In this document: in pieces, positions 50,200-60,407 of the stretch
How the letters are laid out: each line of letters begins with the position of its first letter
Position numbering within the stretch: position 1 is the first letter of the stretch
From: Anaerolineae bacterium
Lineage (GTDB): Bacteria > Chloroflexota > Anaerolineae > UBA1429
Assembly (NCBI GenBank): GCA_963675785.1
Contig: OY776562.1
Coordinates: 2,080,001 to 2,144,000 of the forward strand
Direction: 5' to 3'
DNA length: 64,000 nucleotides
Made by a program: the position numbers and the translations under genes
Notes under the pieces: generated by a model
Seen by the model: the letters and a program-made list of their open reading frames with translations, nothing else
Told to the model about the DNA's origin: nothing
The model's database searches: none

Positions 50200-50344
50200 T
50201 TAGGCCAGGCACTGTGCAATGACAAACCTCTGCGCGAGAACATGGCGCTATTCTACACAGTATTGTTGCATTCGTCCATGCCAATTTAACTTTTGTCCTT
50301 GATTCTGCCAACATGAAACACTATCCTCTCAAGAGGGAGAAGCT

Positions 50345-52582
50345 ATGAAACCACAGATCATCGGACATATGACGGATAAAAGCCCTAACGGCCAATTCGA
50401 GATAGAACGCGTCGTATACGAAAACGAGGAAAACGGCTGGGCCGTGCTGCGTATGGTACCGCTTGATTCGCCTGCCGCCCTGCCTGTCACCGCCGTTGGA
50501 AACGTACCCAACCCCGTAGCAGGTGCCTGTTACGATATTGAAGGCGAGTGGCAGAAATCCAAGGAGCACGGCTACCAGGTTCAGATCAAGTCAGCCAAGC
50601 CCTTTGTTCCCGCCACAGTTCAAGGTATTGAGCGCTATCTGGCCAGCGGCGCCATTCCCGGCGTCGGTAAACATTATGCCCATTTGCTGGCAGAGAATTA
50701 CGGCAGTGATACTCTGGCCATATTGGATGCTGGCGCACCCAATATGGAAGATATTTCGGGCATCGGCAAAAAACGAGCCGCCCTTATCCGCCAAGCCTGG
50801 CTAGAAAACCGCCACACCCACAGCATAATGGAACGCCTGCAAGGTGAGGCTGGTCTTTCTGCGCGCCAGGCGCAAACCTTGTACAAAGAACTCGGCGATC
50901 AGGCCTGGGAAAAAGTTCGCAGCAATCCCTATCGCCTGCAAGATATTCTGGCTGGTGTGGGTTTTAAGACCTGCGATAAGATTGCCCGCAATATGGGATT
51001 GGGGCTCAACGATCCAGCTCGAATCCGCGCTGGCCTGCTTTACGTGTTAGAAGAAGCCTTGCACAAAGGCGATCTATGGCTCCCCGAAGAGGCCATCAAA
51101 GCCCAAGCTACCGACTTGCTTCAACTTTCTACTGAGGAAATCGAGACTACATTTACCGGCATGGTCGCGCAGGAAGACTTGATCCTGGAAGTGCAAGAAG
51201 GCCAAAGTGCTGTCTATCTAGCGCGCGTCTATTATACCGAAACCCGCATCGCCGATGATCTAGCACAGTTGTTAGCTTCGCCACGGCCTTTACGAGCAAT
51301 GTCTCGCACCAAAGCGGAAGAACTAGTGGACCGTCTGCAAGAGTTTCCTCTCACCGAAGCGCAGCACAATGGTATAGTCGAAATCCTCTGCGGTGCACCT
51401 CTGCACGTCATCACCGGTGGGCCGGGAACCGGCAAAACCACCGTCATGCGCACGCTCATCCGCTGTCTGGAAGACCAAGCCATCGAGTATGCATTGTGTG
51501 CCACCACAGGCAGAGCCAGCAAACAGTTGGAATCAGCCACGCAACGACCCGCTGCCACCGTACACCGCCATCTCAAGCTAGGCACGCCCGGCGAGCCCGA
51601 GCCTCTTTACGAGGATATTCTCATCATCGATGAATCCTCAATGATCGATCTCTGGCTCATGGCCGAGATCAGCCAACGGCTTAGGATTGGGCAGCAGTTG
51701 GTGTTGGTGGGGGATATCGATCAACTCCCCTCCGTGGGACCAGGTACTGTCTTGCAAGACATCATCCAAGCTGGCGCTAGCTGCCCCGGCATCTCTGTGA
51801 CCCGGCTGGACACCATCTTTCGCCAGGAAAAGGGCAGCGAGAGTCTCATCGTCACCAACTGCCACCGCATCCGCCAGGGAGAACTGCCCATCAAAGGCGA
51901 CAGCGAAGCCGACTATTTCGAGATGTCCCGCGATTCAGCAGAGCAGGCCCGTGACCTGGCCATCGAACTGGTTACGCGACGCCTCCCTGCCTATCTGGAT
52001 ATCGACCCCTTGCAGATTCAGTTGCTGGCCCCCATGCACCGCGGCACAGCCGGCATTGCAGCGCTGAATACCGAACTTCAGCAGAAACTCAATCCACCAG
52101 CCCCTAGAAAACCCGAAGTCATCCTCACCCACGGAGGCGAAGGGCCCGCGCGCGTCTTTCGACTGGGTGACAAGGTGCGGCAGACACGCAACAACTATCA
52201 GAAGCAAGTGCTCAACGGAGATATCGGCCTCATCGATTCAGTCAGTACGGCGAATCGACAGATCACGGTGCGCTTTGATAATCAGCTCGTACCCTACGAG
52301 GCAGACGAATTGCTCGAGCTGGTTCACAGTTGGGCTATGACCGTCCATGCTGCCCAGGGATCGCAATGGCCGGCGGTGGTCATTCTGATGATTTCCGAAC
52401 ATTATGTCATGCTGGAGCGCAACATCTTGTACACGGCCCTCTCTCGTGCCGAACGATTAGCCGTACTGGTCAGCGATGCTCGGGCTGTAGGCATAGCCGT
52501 CAAGCGTCAGCACGCCCTCGATCGTCACAGTGGCCTGGCTCAGAGAATTGTGCAGGCTACTGCGCAAGCAGCCGCTTACTGA
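50345..52582 (+). CDS. recD2: ATP-dependent RecD2 helicase
   Basis: N-terminal OB/HhH region (GVGFKTCD), TGGPGTGKTT, IDESSM, GDIDQLPSVG, TVHAAQGS, YTALSR. Confidence 0.92.
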   Translation: MKPQIIGHMTDKSPNGQFEIERVVYENEENGWAVLRMVPLDSPAALPVTAVGNVPNPVAGACYDIEGEWQKSKEHGYQVQIKSAKPFVPATVQGIERYLASGAIPGVGKHYAHLLAENYGSDTLAILDAGAPNMEDISGIGKKRAALIRQAWLENRHTHSIMERLQGEAGLSARQAQTLYKELGDQAWEKVRSNPYRLQDILAGVGFKTCDKIARNMGLGLNDPARIRAGLLYVLEEALHKGDLWLPEEAIKAQATDLLQLSTEEIETTFTGMVAQEDLILEVQEGQSAVYLARVYYTETRIADDLAQLLASPRPLRAMSRTKAEELVDRLQEFPLTEAQHNGIVEILCGAPLHVITGGPGTGKTTVMRTLIRCLEDQAIEYALCATTGRASKQLESATQRPAATVHRHLKLGTPGEPEPLYEDILIIDESSMIDLWLMAEISQRLRIGQQLVLVGDIDQLPSVGPGTVLQDIIQAGASCPGISVTRLDTIFRQEKGSESLIVTNCHRIRQGELPIKGDSEADYFEMSRDSAEQARDLAIELVTRRLPAYLDIDPLQIQLLAPMHRGTAGIAALNTELQQKLNPPAPRKPEVILTHGGEGPARVFRLGDKVRQTRNNYQKQVLNGDIGLIDSVSTANRQITVRFDNQLVPYEADELLELVHSWAMTVHAAQGSQWPAVVILMISEHYVMLERNILYTALSRAERLAVLVSDARAVGIAVKRQHALDRHSGLAQRIVQATAQAAAY

Positions 52583-53900
52583 TTGCGTTATGCTGGGCGA
52601 TGAGCGCATCGAGATCCACATCCACCAGGCGGCCATTCTCAATCACGATACGGCCATTGATCACACTGAGCGACACGTTCACTGGCGTGCAGAACAGAAG
52701 CGCCGCCACGGGATCGGCCTGAGCGCCAGCGAACTCAACCGTACGCGTGTCTATGGCAATGACATCTGCGGCCATACCGGGCGCCAGCACACCAATATCG
52801 TTGCGCCCCAACACTTGCGCGCCACCAACAGTCGCCATGCGTAGCGCCTCACGCGCCGAGAGTCCCTGTGGCCCCAGATTGACGCGCTGCAACAGCATAG
52901 CCAGGCGAACCTCGCCCAGCAGATGCCCTGAATCGTTACTGGCGCTGCCATCCACTGCCATACCCACACGCACACCAGCATCAAGATAGCGACGAATAGG
53001 GGCAATGCCCGAGCCTAGGCGCATGTTTGACCCCGGACAATGAGCCACGCCCGTGCCCGTTTCGGCCATCAGCGTAATCTCGCGCTGATTGGGCCAAACA
53101 GCGTGAGCCCACCATACATCTGGGCCCACCCAGCCCAACGATTCCATATAAGCCACAGGGCGCAGGCCAGTTCGCTCCAAACAATAGTCATCCTCATCGC
53201 GTGTTTCGGCCACATGTGTATGCATAAACACACCATAACTGCGGGCCAACGCGGCCGAATCCCGCATGAGCGCCTCGGTCACATTAAAGGGTGCGCAAGG
53301 TCCCACCGCCACGCGGCACATGCTATAGCGAGAAGCATCATGATAGCTCTCAATGACACGGCGGCTGTCGCGCAGCACATCTTCATCGCGTTCCACCACG
53401 GCATCGGGAGGCAGGCCACCGTCGGATTCGCCCAAAGTCATGCTCCCACGTGAGGGGTGAAACCGCACCCCCATCTCAGCAGCAGCACGAATCTGGTCAT
53501 CGAGGCGAGCATCATTGGGGAATAGATAGGTGTGGTCGGCACAGGTAGTACAGCCAGAGAGCATTAGTTCGGCCAAGGCCAATTTGGCACTGGTATACAG
53601 TGCCGCTGCATCAATGGCTGGCCACACGCGATAGTGTGTACGAAGCCAATCAAAGAGACTGCCATCCTGAGCGCCCGGAGTCGCCCGCGTAAGCGATTGG
53701 AACAAATGATGGTGGGTGTTCACCAATCCGGGCAATACCACGTGCCCGCGCATATCCAGCACGCAGTCAGCTGTATTGGGCGTATCGCCTACCTGTTCAA
53801 TAATGTTATCACGAATGAACAAGCTGCCATTGCGAATCTCGCGTCCTTGCTCGTCCATACAAGCCAGCACATCGGCGTTTTTTATCAAGAGCGTACCCAT
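52557..53900 (-). CDS. 8-oxoguanine deaminase (AtzB-like amidohydrolase)
   Basis: NTHHHLFQSLTR, HTHVAE, AHCPGSN, VDGSASND; ATG 53900 after GGAGG. Confidence 0.88.
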   Translation of the reverse strand: MGTLLIKNADVLACMDEQGREIRNGSLFIRDNIIEQVGDTPNTADCVLDMRGHVVLPGLVNTHHHLFQSLTRATPGAQDGSLFDWLRTHYRVWPAIDAAALYTSAKLALAELMLSGCTTCADHTYLFPNDARLDDQIRAAAEMGVRFHPSRGSMTLGESDGGLPPDAVVERDEDVLRDSRRVIESYHDASRYSMCRVAVGPCAPFNVTEALMRDSAALARSYGVFMHTHVAETRDEDDYCLERTGLRPVAYMESLGWVGPDVWWAHAVWPNQREITLMAETGTGVAHCPGSNMRLGSGIAPIRRYLDAGVRVGMAVDGSASNDSGHLLGEVRLAMLLQRVNLGPQGLSAREALRMATVGGAQVLGRNDIGVLAPGMAADVIAIDTRTVEFAGAQADPVAALLFCTPVNVSLSVINGRIVIENGRLVDVDLDALIAQHNAISKRLLAQ

Positions 53901-54237
53901 ATCGACCTCCAACTCAAGTATCGACTTTAGCAATATCCCAAGGCAAAAAACACATCCTCAACTCTTTTGCCATGGGTGTATATCATCATAACGTCAAATC
54001 TGCCATTCTTGGCGGATTGAATGAACGACCATAGAATAGCAAATCCTAGCGTCAAATTCGGGGTTGTCCCAAAACTCGTTTGCGGCAGGATCGTGAAAAG
54101 CAATGCCCTATTTATTGGTTCATTGCAGCGTTTGCTGATGCATAAAACCGAATTCGGACGATAGCCCAGAAGACGCAAAATTTATGCATCAGTTTAGAAA
54201 CTATAAGTATTCTGAAAGGGTTTTCAGGCTTGATGTA

Positions 54238-54266
54238 TTGGCTAGGTGAATTTGCTGAAGTATAAT
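54238..54266 (+). promoter_or_regulatory. Sigma70-type promoter of scpA
   Basis: TTGGCT-N17-TATAAT. Confidence 0.6.
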
Positions 54267-54295
54267 TGCGTAATACGCTGACAGGGGGAAAAGAG

Positions 54296-55117
54296 ATTAG
54301 CAGCTTTCAGGTCTCTCTCCAGGTCTTTGAGGGTCCCTTGGACCTTTTATTGCACCTAATCGAAAAGCGCGAGTTGGACATCACAGAGATTTCTCTGGCA
54401 CTGGTGGCCGACCGTTTTCTTGCGTATGTCGCGGCCATGCACACCGTTAATGCGGGTGAGCTGGCCGATTTTTGCGCAGTTGCTGCACGCCTTTTACTGA
54501 TCAAATCGCGCTACCTCTTGCCGCGGCCACGAGATGAAGAGAGCAGCGAAGAGGAAGAAGATCCGGCAGAAGAACTAGCCCGGCAGCTTTGCGAATACAA
54601 ACGCTACAAGCAAGTCGCCGAACTGCTCAAAGAAATCGAAGAAGCCGGCGTGCGTTGTTACCCGCGCGTTGCTCCGCCTCCCCATTTTGAACGGCCGCTC
54701 AAACCCGGTGATAACACCCTGGATGAGCTGTTCAGCGCCTTTCGGCGTGCTCTCAAGGAACACCCCCAGCCCGGCAACGCCAACCACGTTGTAGCCCCAA
54801 TCCAAGTATCCATGGCAGAATGCATCACGCGCATTGAGAGCATTGCTACCACAAACAGCCGCATCTATTTCTCAAGCTTGATAGGGCAAGCACAATCGCG
54901 GCTAGAGATCATTGTGCTCTTTTTAGCTGTTCTCGAATTGATCAAGCAGCAACACCTCACTGCCAAACAGGAGACTTCTTTTGGCGAGGTGTATCTGGAA
55001 AAAAGAGAACCTGAAGATGGTTTTGATAATGACCCCATCGACTTGAGCGAATATGGCGAAGGCCTCAGTGAATACGACGAGGAACTGAGCGAGTACGTAG
55101 AAGATCAGGTCGAATAG
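54296..55117 (+). CDS. scpA: Segregation and condensation protein A
   Basis: FEGPLDLLLHLI, LLIKSRYLLP, FLAVLEL; probable ATT start at 54296 (ORF track uses TTG 54266). Confidence 0.92.
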   Translation: MSSFQVSLQVFEGPLDLLLHLIEKRELDITEISLALVADRFLAYVAAMHTVNAGELADFCAVAARLLLIKSRYLLPRPRDEESSEEEEDPAEELARQLCEYKRYKQVAELLKEIEEAGVRCYPRVAPPPHFERPLKPGDNTLDELFSAFRRALKEHPQPGNANHVVAPIQVSMAECITRIESIATTNSRIYFSSLIGQAQSRLEIIVLFLAVLELIKQQHLTAKQETSFGEVYLEKREPEDGFDNDPIDLSEYGEGLSEYDEELSEYVEDQVE

Positions 55118-56277
55118 GCTTCAAGCGTTCGTTCAGCCAGGATACTCCAGTTGTAACGCTCCTCCATACGCTGCGCTGCAGCGGCACCAAGGCGATCAGC
55201 CAGTTCTCGATCATCCAGGATTTGCAGCGTAGCCGCAAGCATAGCCGCCTCGTCCCCTGCTTCTACCAACAAACCCGTCTCTCCGTGCTGGATATATTCT
55301 TTGTTCTGTCCCACTGCATCTGCCACAGTAGGTACGCCCGCAGCAAGCAAATCGAGCAGCTTGACCGAGCACTTGGTACGGTTGATCAGCGTGTCATCAA
55401 AGGGAAACCAGGCCACGTCCGCGGCAGCAAGCAAATCGGGCAATACACTCTCTTCAACCCAGCCTGTACGAACAACATGATCCTGCAAACCTGCCTCTAT
55501 CACCCGGGTGTCCAATTGTACATCGGCCTCTGTAAAGAGCGCCTTGCCCACCACCAGCAGACACGCATCCGGGCGTAGCTCGACAAGGCGAGCCAGCATA
55601 TGCACCACCCGCGCCGGATCGAATTCGAACAGCCGAGTATACAAGAGCACCAGAGGGCCATCGCCCAGCGCAAAAAGTTCTCGTCCGCGTAAGCGATCGC
55701 CCCGTTCCCGTGGAATTGCGCCATTGGGCACATAGTGTACAGCAGGCGCTTCTACCCCCAGCGCCCATACCAACGTTTGTAGGGCACGGCTGGCAACCGT
55801 TACAGCGTTGCAGTGGCGTAGCCCCCAGTTTTCTTGCCAAGCGAAAAATCGTTTGAGGAGTGCCGAATAATTGCTAACTTCGTTCCAGCCCCCCGCACCC
55901 TCCCAGTCATCCTCGTCTACCACCAAGCGCGGGCGATGGATTAACTGGTGCCTGAAATAGCAACCTGCAAGCCCTGAATAAGCTTTGGGCTTGAAAATAT
56001 GCACAACGTCCGGCTGCCAGGCACAGGCAGCACGAATCAATCGATATGTTATGAACAGTTCGCGCAATACAGGTACCGCTGGCTTGATCGAAACATATTC
56101 CAACGTAACGCCCGCATCGCTCCAGCACCCCGCACCGCTGGTAGGATCTTTCCATGGCGGCATAACGATCAGCACCTCGTGCCCCTTGGCAGCTAACTCG
56201 CGGGCCAAGGGCAGAGCTCTTACTTGAATTGTTCCCCGATATTTGAGCCCAAAGGGGCCAATCATGGCAATGCGCAT
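55105..56277 (-). CDS. Glycosyltransferase family 4
   Basis: MRIAMIG, GHEV, YVPNG, LAAAD..KLLDLLAAGVP, HGETGLLV. Confidence 0.9.
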   Translation of the reverse strand: MRIAMIGPFGLKYRGTIQVRALPLARELAAKGHEVLIVMPPWKDPTSGAGCWSDAGVTLEYVSIKPAVPVLRELFITYRLIRAACAWQPDVVHIFKPKAYSGLAGCYFRHQLIHRPRLVVDEDDWEGAGGWNEVSNYSALLKRFFAWQENWGLRHCNAVTVASRALQTLVWALGVEAPAVHYVPNGAIPRERGDRLRGRELFALGDGPLVLLYTRLFEFDPARVVHMLARLVELRPDACLLVVGKALFTEADVQLDTRVIEAGLQDHVVRTGWVEESVLPDLLAAADVAWFPFDDTLINRTKCSVKLLDLLAAGVPTVADAVGQNKEYIQHGETGLLVEAGDEAAMLAATLQILDDRELADRLGAAAAQRMEERYNWSILAERTLEAYST

Positions 56278-56439
56278 GTGTGTGATCCACCTTTTTTGTA
56301 AAGAGAGCGTAGCGGCCAGGTGCGAGACTGTCAAACACCAAATGCGAATGGTAAAAGAGCAGTTGCAGGTTGAACCGCGTGTTAACTATTGGTATAATGC
56401 TACCACGTAGATCGAGAATCTTATCAAGGGGGGGCTACT

Positions 56440-57585
56440 TTGCAAGAGATACCGACTGGCATATCTCAAAACATGGCAGGGCAGCCACATTCTACCGCCT
56501 TCACAGGGCATGAACAGAATCTGTCTCAGCAAGAAAGTATTGCTCTCCACCTCTTACAAAGCCTGCCACAGGGCGTCGCTGCTGTAAACCGCGAATCCGA
56601 GCTGCTGTGCATCAACAAGACGCTCCTAGATCTTGTTGGGTTGCACGACTTGGAAATATCTCTGCCCATCAAGATCAATTGTTATGACTTGCCCGAACCA
56701 CTACGTATTTTGCTCAGCCCTTGTGCGCAGAACATTATCGGCCCTTACGAAATGAAAACCTCAGAACTAGAATGGCCAACTCCAGAACGTATCCTGCGGG
56801 TCGAACCACTCGAAATGTACGCCGACTCGGTATGTGTCATGGTTCTTGTAACTGACGTAACACCGGAAAGAATCGCCGAAAGCGCCCGTGCAGAGTTCAT
56901 GTCACAAATTGCCCACGAACTACGCACGCCGTTGCAGCACATCATGGGTTTTGCCGGTATTATGAATGATATAGAGGACTTGGAACCCGGCGACTATCAG
57001 CACTTTTCGGCTCAGATCAACAGCGAAACCAAGATTATGGCGCGTCTGATTAGTGACCTCGCAGAACTTTCACTCATTACCGGCGGTCGCTTTATAATTG
57101 AACGTGAGCCAATTGACCTGGCGTCTCTGGTTCGGGAAATGACCTCTCGAACTCAACCGAGCGCGCGCGATCACGATCTTGAATTGGATTGTGTCGTTCC
57201 TCCAAGGGCTGTGCCCATTTATGGTGATGCGGTTCGCCTGAGCCAGGTGCTGGCGAACCTTTTGGAGAACGCGATCAAGTACGTGCCTGCTGGCGGGCAG
57301 GTTCATGTTACTCTTCAAATCATTGAAGGTCACGCCGTTGTATCAGTAGCAGATACGGGCAAAGGCATTCCCGCTGATGCAGTAGAGCACGTTTTCGATC
57401 AGTTCTTCCAAGTTCCCCAGTCCGGAGGAAATCGTTCTCATCGGGGAATGGGTCTTGGACTCTATATCAGCCGTGAGATCATCCATGCGCACGACGGCCG
57501 CATTTGGGTAGAAAGCGAACAAGGCAAAGGAAGCACCTTTGCCTTTAGCCTGTCACTTATGCCAGAGAGTGAGGCAAAATCATGA
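56440..57585 (+). CDS. Cytoplasmic sensor histidine kinase (PAS-like, HisKA, HATPase)
   Basis: AHELRTPL, NLLENAIKY, DTGKGI, GMGLGL; no TM segment. Confidence 0.93.
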   Translation: MQEIPTGISQNMAGQPHSTAFTGHEQNLSQQESIALHLLQSLPQGVAAVNRESELLCINKTLLDLVGLHDLEISLPIKINCYDLPEPLRILLSPCAQNIIGPYEMKTSELEWPTPERILRVEPLEMYADSVCVMVLVTDVTPERIAESARAEFMSQIAHELRTPLQHIMGFAGIMNDIEDLEPGDYQHFSAQINSETKIMARLISDLAELSLITGGRFIIEREPIDLASLVREMTSRTQPSARDHDLELDCVVPPRAVPIYGDAVRLSQVLANLLENAIKYVPAGGQVHVTLQIIEGHAVVSVADTGKGIPADAVEHVFDQFFQVPQSGGNRSHRGMGLGLYISREIIHAHDGRIWVESEQGKGSTFAFSLSLMPESEAKS

Positions 57586-58724
57586 GCCATCGCGTCCTTA
57601 TTATCGATGACGACCCAACGCTAGTCGAGATGTTGATCTTTGTACTCTCTCGAGGTGGTTATGAAACCAGGGCAGCTACCAATGGCGCCGATGCCTTGGA
57701 AATCCTAAAATCGACACACATTGATGCGATTGTACTTGATGTGATGCTGCCCGATGTGGATGGATATCAAATCTGCCGCAACATCCGTGCCCTACCCGGC
57801 ATTGCTGATATCCCCATTCTGATGCTCAGCGCACGCTCTCAGGTAGAATATCGCCTCACGGGTTTTGAAAGCGGCGCAGATGACTATGTGCCCAAACCAG
57901 CGGATCCCAAAGAAGTGCTGGCACGCATCCATGCACTCATTGCTCGAGCTGAACGAGCACAAGTCGCTCCGTCACCAGTGATTGGCTTGGTCGGCGTTAA
58001 GGGAGGCGTAGGCACCACCACCCTTTTGATCAACACGGCGCTTGCCCTGGTAGAGGATAAAAAGCGCGTGTGTTTGATGGAGTTGTCGGACCACGGCTAT
58101 GATGGGGCCTGGCGTCTTGGCATGGGCACTGGCCAACCGCTCATAGAGCTAAACATCCCTGCCAGTGGAAGAGTAACACCTGCTGCCATTCAGTCTTGCA
58201 TCATCAAACACAACAGCGGCATTCATTATATGCCCTTGTGCACACAGCAACCAGACAAGCGCAGTTTTGCTGAAGGTGTTCTCACCAAAACCATAGAGAC
58301 GCTGCAAACATCCTATGACATCATCCTCTTGGATGTCCCGCCAAGTGCCCTGGCTTTATACCCAGAGTTGATTACGACCGTTGGTGCCTTTATTCCCGTT
58401 GCCGAGAGAGATGACCTCTGCATTTGGCACTTGAGTGCCTTTGTCAGATGGCTGCAAGACCAACATGCGAACGTCCCAGGATCCGTCCTTGTGGATCGTA
58501 CTATCGAACCTTCGCGCGACTCGGCTTCTTCAACCGCCAGCAAGATCGGTCTGGCCGTGTTGGCACTCATCCCGCCCATGCCGCTGGCCATGTTCCACGC
58601 AGACAACCTGCAAACGCCGCTATACATGAGCGACTCAACCAACCTGGCTTCAGAAGCCTATGCTGAATTCGCAACCCGATTGATTACAGATCCCATTGAA
58701 GGCCCTGCTGATATGCGTCCCTAA
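57582..58724 (+). CDS. Response regulator: REC domain fused to a CpaE/MinD-like P-loop domain
   Basis: IIDDD, LDVMLP, KP; GVKGGVGTTT; YDIILLDVP. Confidence 0.85.
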   Translation: MSHRVLIIDDDPTLVEMLIFVLSRGGYETRAATNGADALEILKSTHIDAIVLDVMLPDVDGYQICRNIRALPGIADIPILMLSARSQVEYRLTGFESGADDYVPKPADPKEVLARIHALIARAERAQVAPSPVIGLVGVKGGVGTTTLLINTALALVEDKKRVCLMELSDHGYDGAWRLGMGTGQPLIELNIPASGRVTPAAIQSCIIKHNSGIHYMPLCTQQPDKRSFAEGVLTKTIETLQTSYDIILLDVPPSALALYPELITTVGAFIPVAERDDLCIWHLSAFVRWLQDQHANVPGSVLVDRTIEPSRDSASSTASKIGLAVLALIPPMPLAMFHADNLQTPLYMSDSTNLASEAYAEFATRLITDPIEGPADMRP

Positions 58725-58735
58725 TGCAACATTGC

Positions 58736-58771
58736 AAGAGGCGCGGATCGAGTTTCGATCCGCGCCTCTTT
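58736..58771. terminator. Bidirectional intrinsic terminator
   Basis: aagaggcgcggatcga/tcgatccgcgcctctt. Confidence 0.8.
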
Positions 58772-58796
58772 GTTTAGACATGCACCTAAAAGTGCA

Positions 58797-60347
58797 CTAT
58801 TGCAGGGGTTCCTCATACTCGATTTCGGCAGAGTCGGTGCCTGTGAGGGTAACATCAGGCGGCACCCAGCGACCGGTAAACTCAGCCAGATCGCGAATAG
58901 CCCGTTGCAGGCCCTCATTAAGTTGCCCGGCCTCAAAACGCCAAGCCCAATTGCCCTCTGGTTCTCCCGGTTTGTTCAAACGAGCCTCGGCACCCAGGCC
59001 AAACAGATCTTGCAACGGTGTGATAGCCATACTGGCAACTGACGTGTACACCAACCGCATCAGAGCCCACACCACACCATTGTTATCGCAGCCACCATAA
59101 ACACGTACCTTGTGCTGGGTAGCAGCATCCAGCTCGGAAAACCATCCGCGGGTTGTATCATTATCATGGGTGGCGGTATAGGCCACACAGTTCACAGGGT
59201 GATTGTGCGGCAGATGCGGGTCGGCCGAATCACCGTAAAAACCAAACTGTAACACACGCATACCTGGCAAGCCCAAGCTATCGCGCAGATCATGGACATC
59301 CTGAGAAATCAGGCCCAAATCCTCAGCGATGATGGGCAAATCACCAAGGTGTGCCTTTATCGCATCAAAGAGAGCCTTGCCCGGCCCTTTGACCCAGCGG
59401 CCATTGAGCGCTGTCTTTTCAGCAGCAGGAACCTGCCAATAGCCAGAAAACCCTCGGAAATGATCTAGTCGAACCTTATCAACGCGACGTAGCGTCTGCT
59501 CCAGCCGCATCAACCACCAGTCATAGCTGCGTTCTGCCATACGGTCCCAACGATAAAGAGGATTGCCCCACAACTGGCCCGTTGCTGCAAAACGATCGGG
59601 GGGCACACCAGCCACCACCGTGGGACGACCCGTCTCATCCAGATAAAAGAGGGATTGATTAGCCCAAACGTCCGAGCTCTCATGGCCCACAAAGATGGGA
59701 ATGTCGCCTATGATGCTAATTCCCCGCTCAGTAGCATAGTCATGCAAGGCCGTCCACTGCCGGTCAAACAGAAATTGCAAAAAACACTCGTAACCGATCT
59801 CATCAGCAAGTTTCTCACGCCAGTTCACCAAAGCAGCGGGATCATGTTGGGCCAGCTCAGTTGGCCACTCTGTCCAGTTTACCCACTGAAAATACCGTTC
59901 CGCAGCCATAAATAGGCAATAATCATCCAGCCAGGCAACTTCTCGTCTGATAAAAGCCTGCAGAGCGCCCTGCAGTGGATGGGCGGAATCCTTTGAAAAG
60001 GCCTGCCAGGCCTGGCGAAATAGCGCCGTTTTGGCTGGAATGACTGCGCTGTAATCTACCTGGCCAGAAGAAAAGTGTGGATAGGCCTCAAGATCGCCTT
60101 CCGTCAGCAAACCTTCTTCTAGCAAAAGCTGCGGGCTGATCAGGAGCCAGTTCCCAGCAAAAGCCGAAAAAGGTTGATAGGGAGAATTGCCATAGCCAGT
60201 AGGGCCCAAAGGGAGTATTTGCCACAATGTTTGCCCGGCATCAACAAGCCAATCGACAAACTCGAAAGCCTGCTGGCCGAGATCGCCAATACCGAATGGA
60301 CCGGGCAAACTGGTAGGGTGTAAGAGTATGCCGCACTGCCGATTCAT
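58797..60347 (-). CDS. malQ: 4-alpha-glucanotransferase (GH77)
   Basis: GILLHPTSLP, WQILPLGP, RLDHFRGF, IAEDLG, THDN; ATG 60347. Confidence 0.95.
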   Translation of the reverse strand: MNRQCGILLHPTSLPGPFGIGDLGQQAFEFVDWLVDAGQTLWQILPLGPTGYGNSPYQPFSAFAGNWLLISPQLLLEEGLLTEGDLEAYPHFSSGQVDYSAVIPAKTALFRQAWQAFSKDSAHPLQGALQAFIRREVAWLDDYCLFMAAERYFQWVNWTEWPTELAQHDPAALVNWREKLADEIGYECFLQFLFDRQWTALHDYATERGISIIGDIPIFVGHESSDVWANQSLFYLDETGRPTVVAGVPPDRFAATGQLWGNPLYRWDRMAERSYDWWLMRLEQTLRRVDKVRLDHFRGFSGYWQVPAAEKTALNGRWVKGPGKALFDAIKAHLGDLPIIAEDLGLISQDVHDLRDSLGLPGMRVLQFGFYGDSADPHLPHNHPVNCVAYTATHDNDTTRGWFSELDAATQHKVRVYGGCDNNGVVWALMRLVYTSVASMAITPLQDLFGLGAEARLNKPGEPEGNWAWRFEAGQLNEGLQRAIRDLAEFTGRWVPPDVTLTGTDSAEIEYEEPLQ

Positions 60348-60407
60348 AAAACCCTCCCGAGTAAAACTGTTTGACAGAGCATTGCCCAAAGCCTAGAATC
60401 ACTTTTC

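Noticed and set aside
52557-52582. Convergent 3' overlaps (recD2/deaminase 26 bp; also scpA/GT4, CDF/SGNH, NUDIX/deoB)
   Set aside because: Short tail-to-tail overlaps are common in compact genomes, and there is no sign of function.
60348-60407. Copy of the PadR-GH57 palindrome upstream of malQ
   Set aside because: The AATAGTC/GACTATT motif is not present there, so co-regulation is unsupported.
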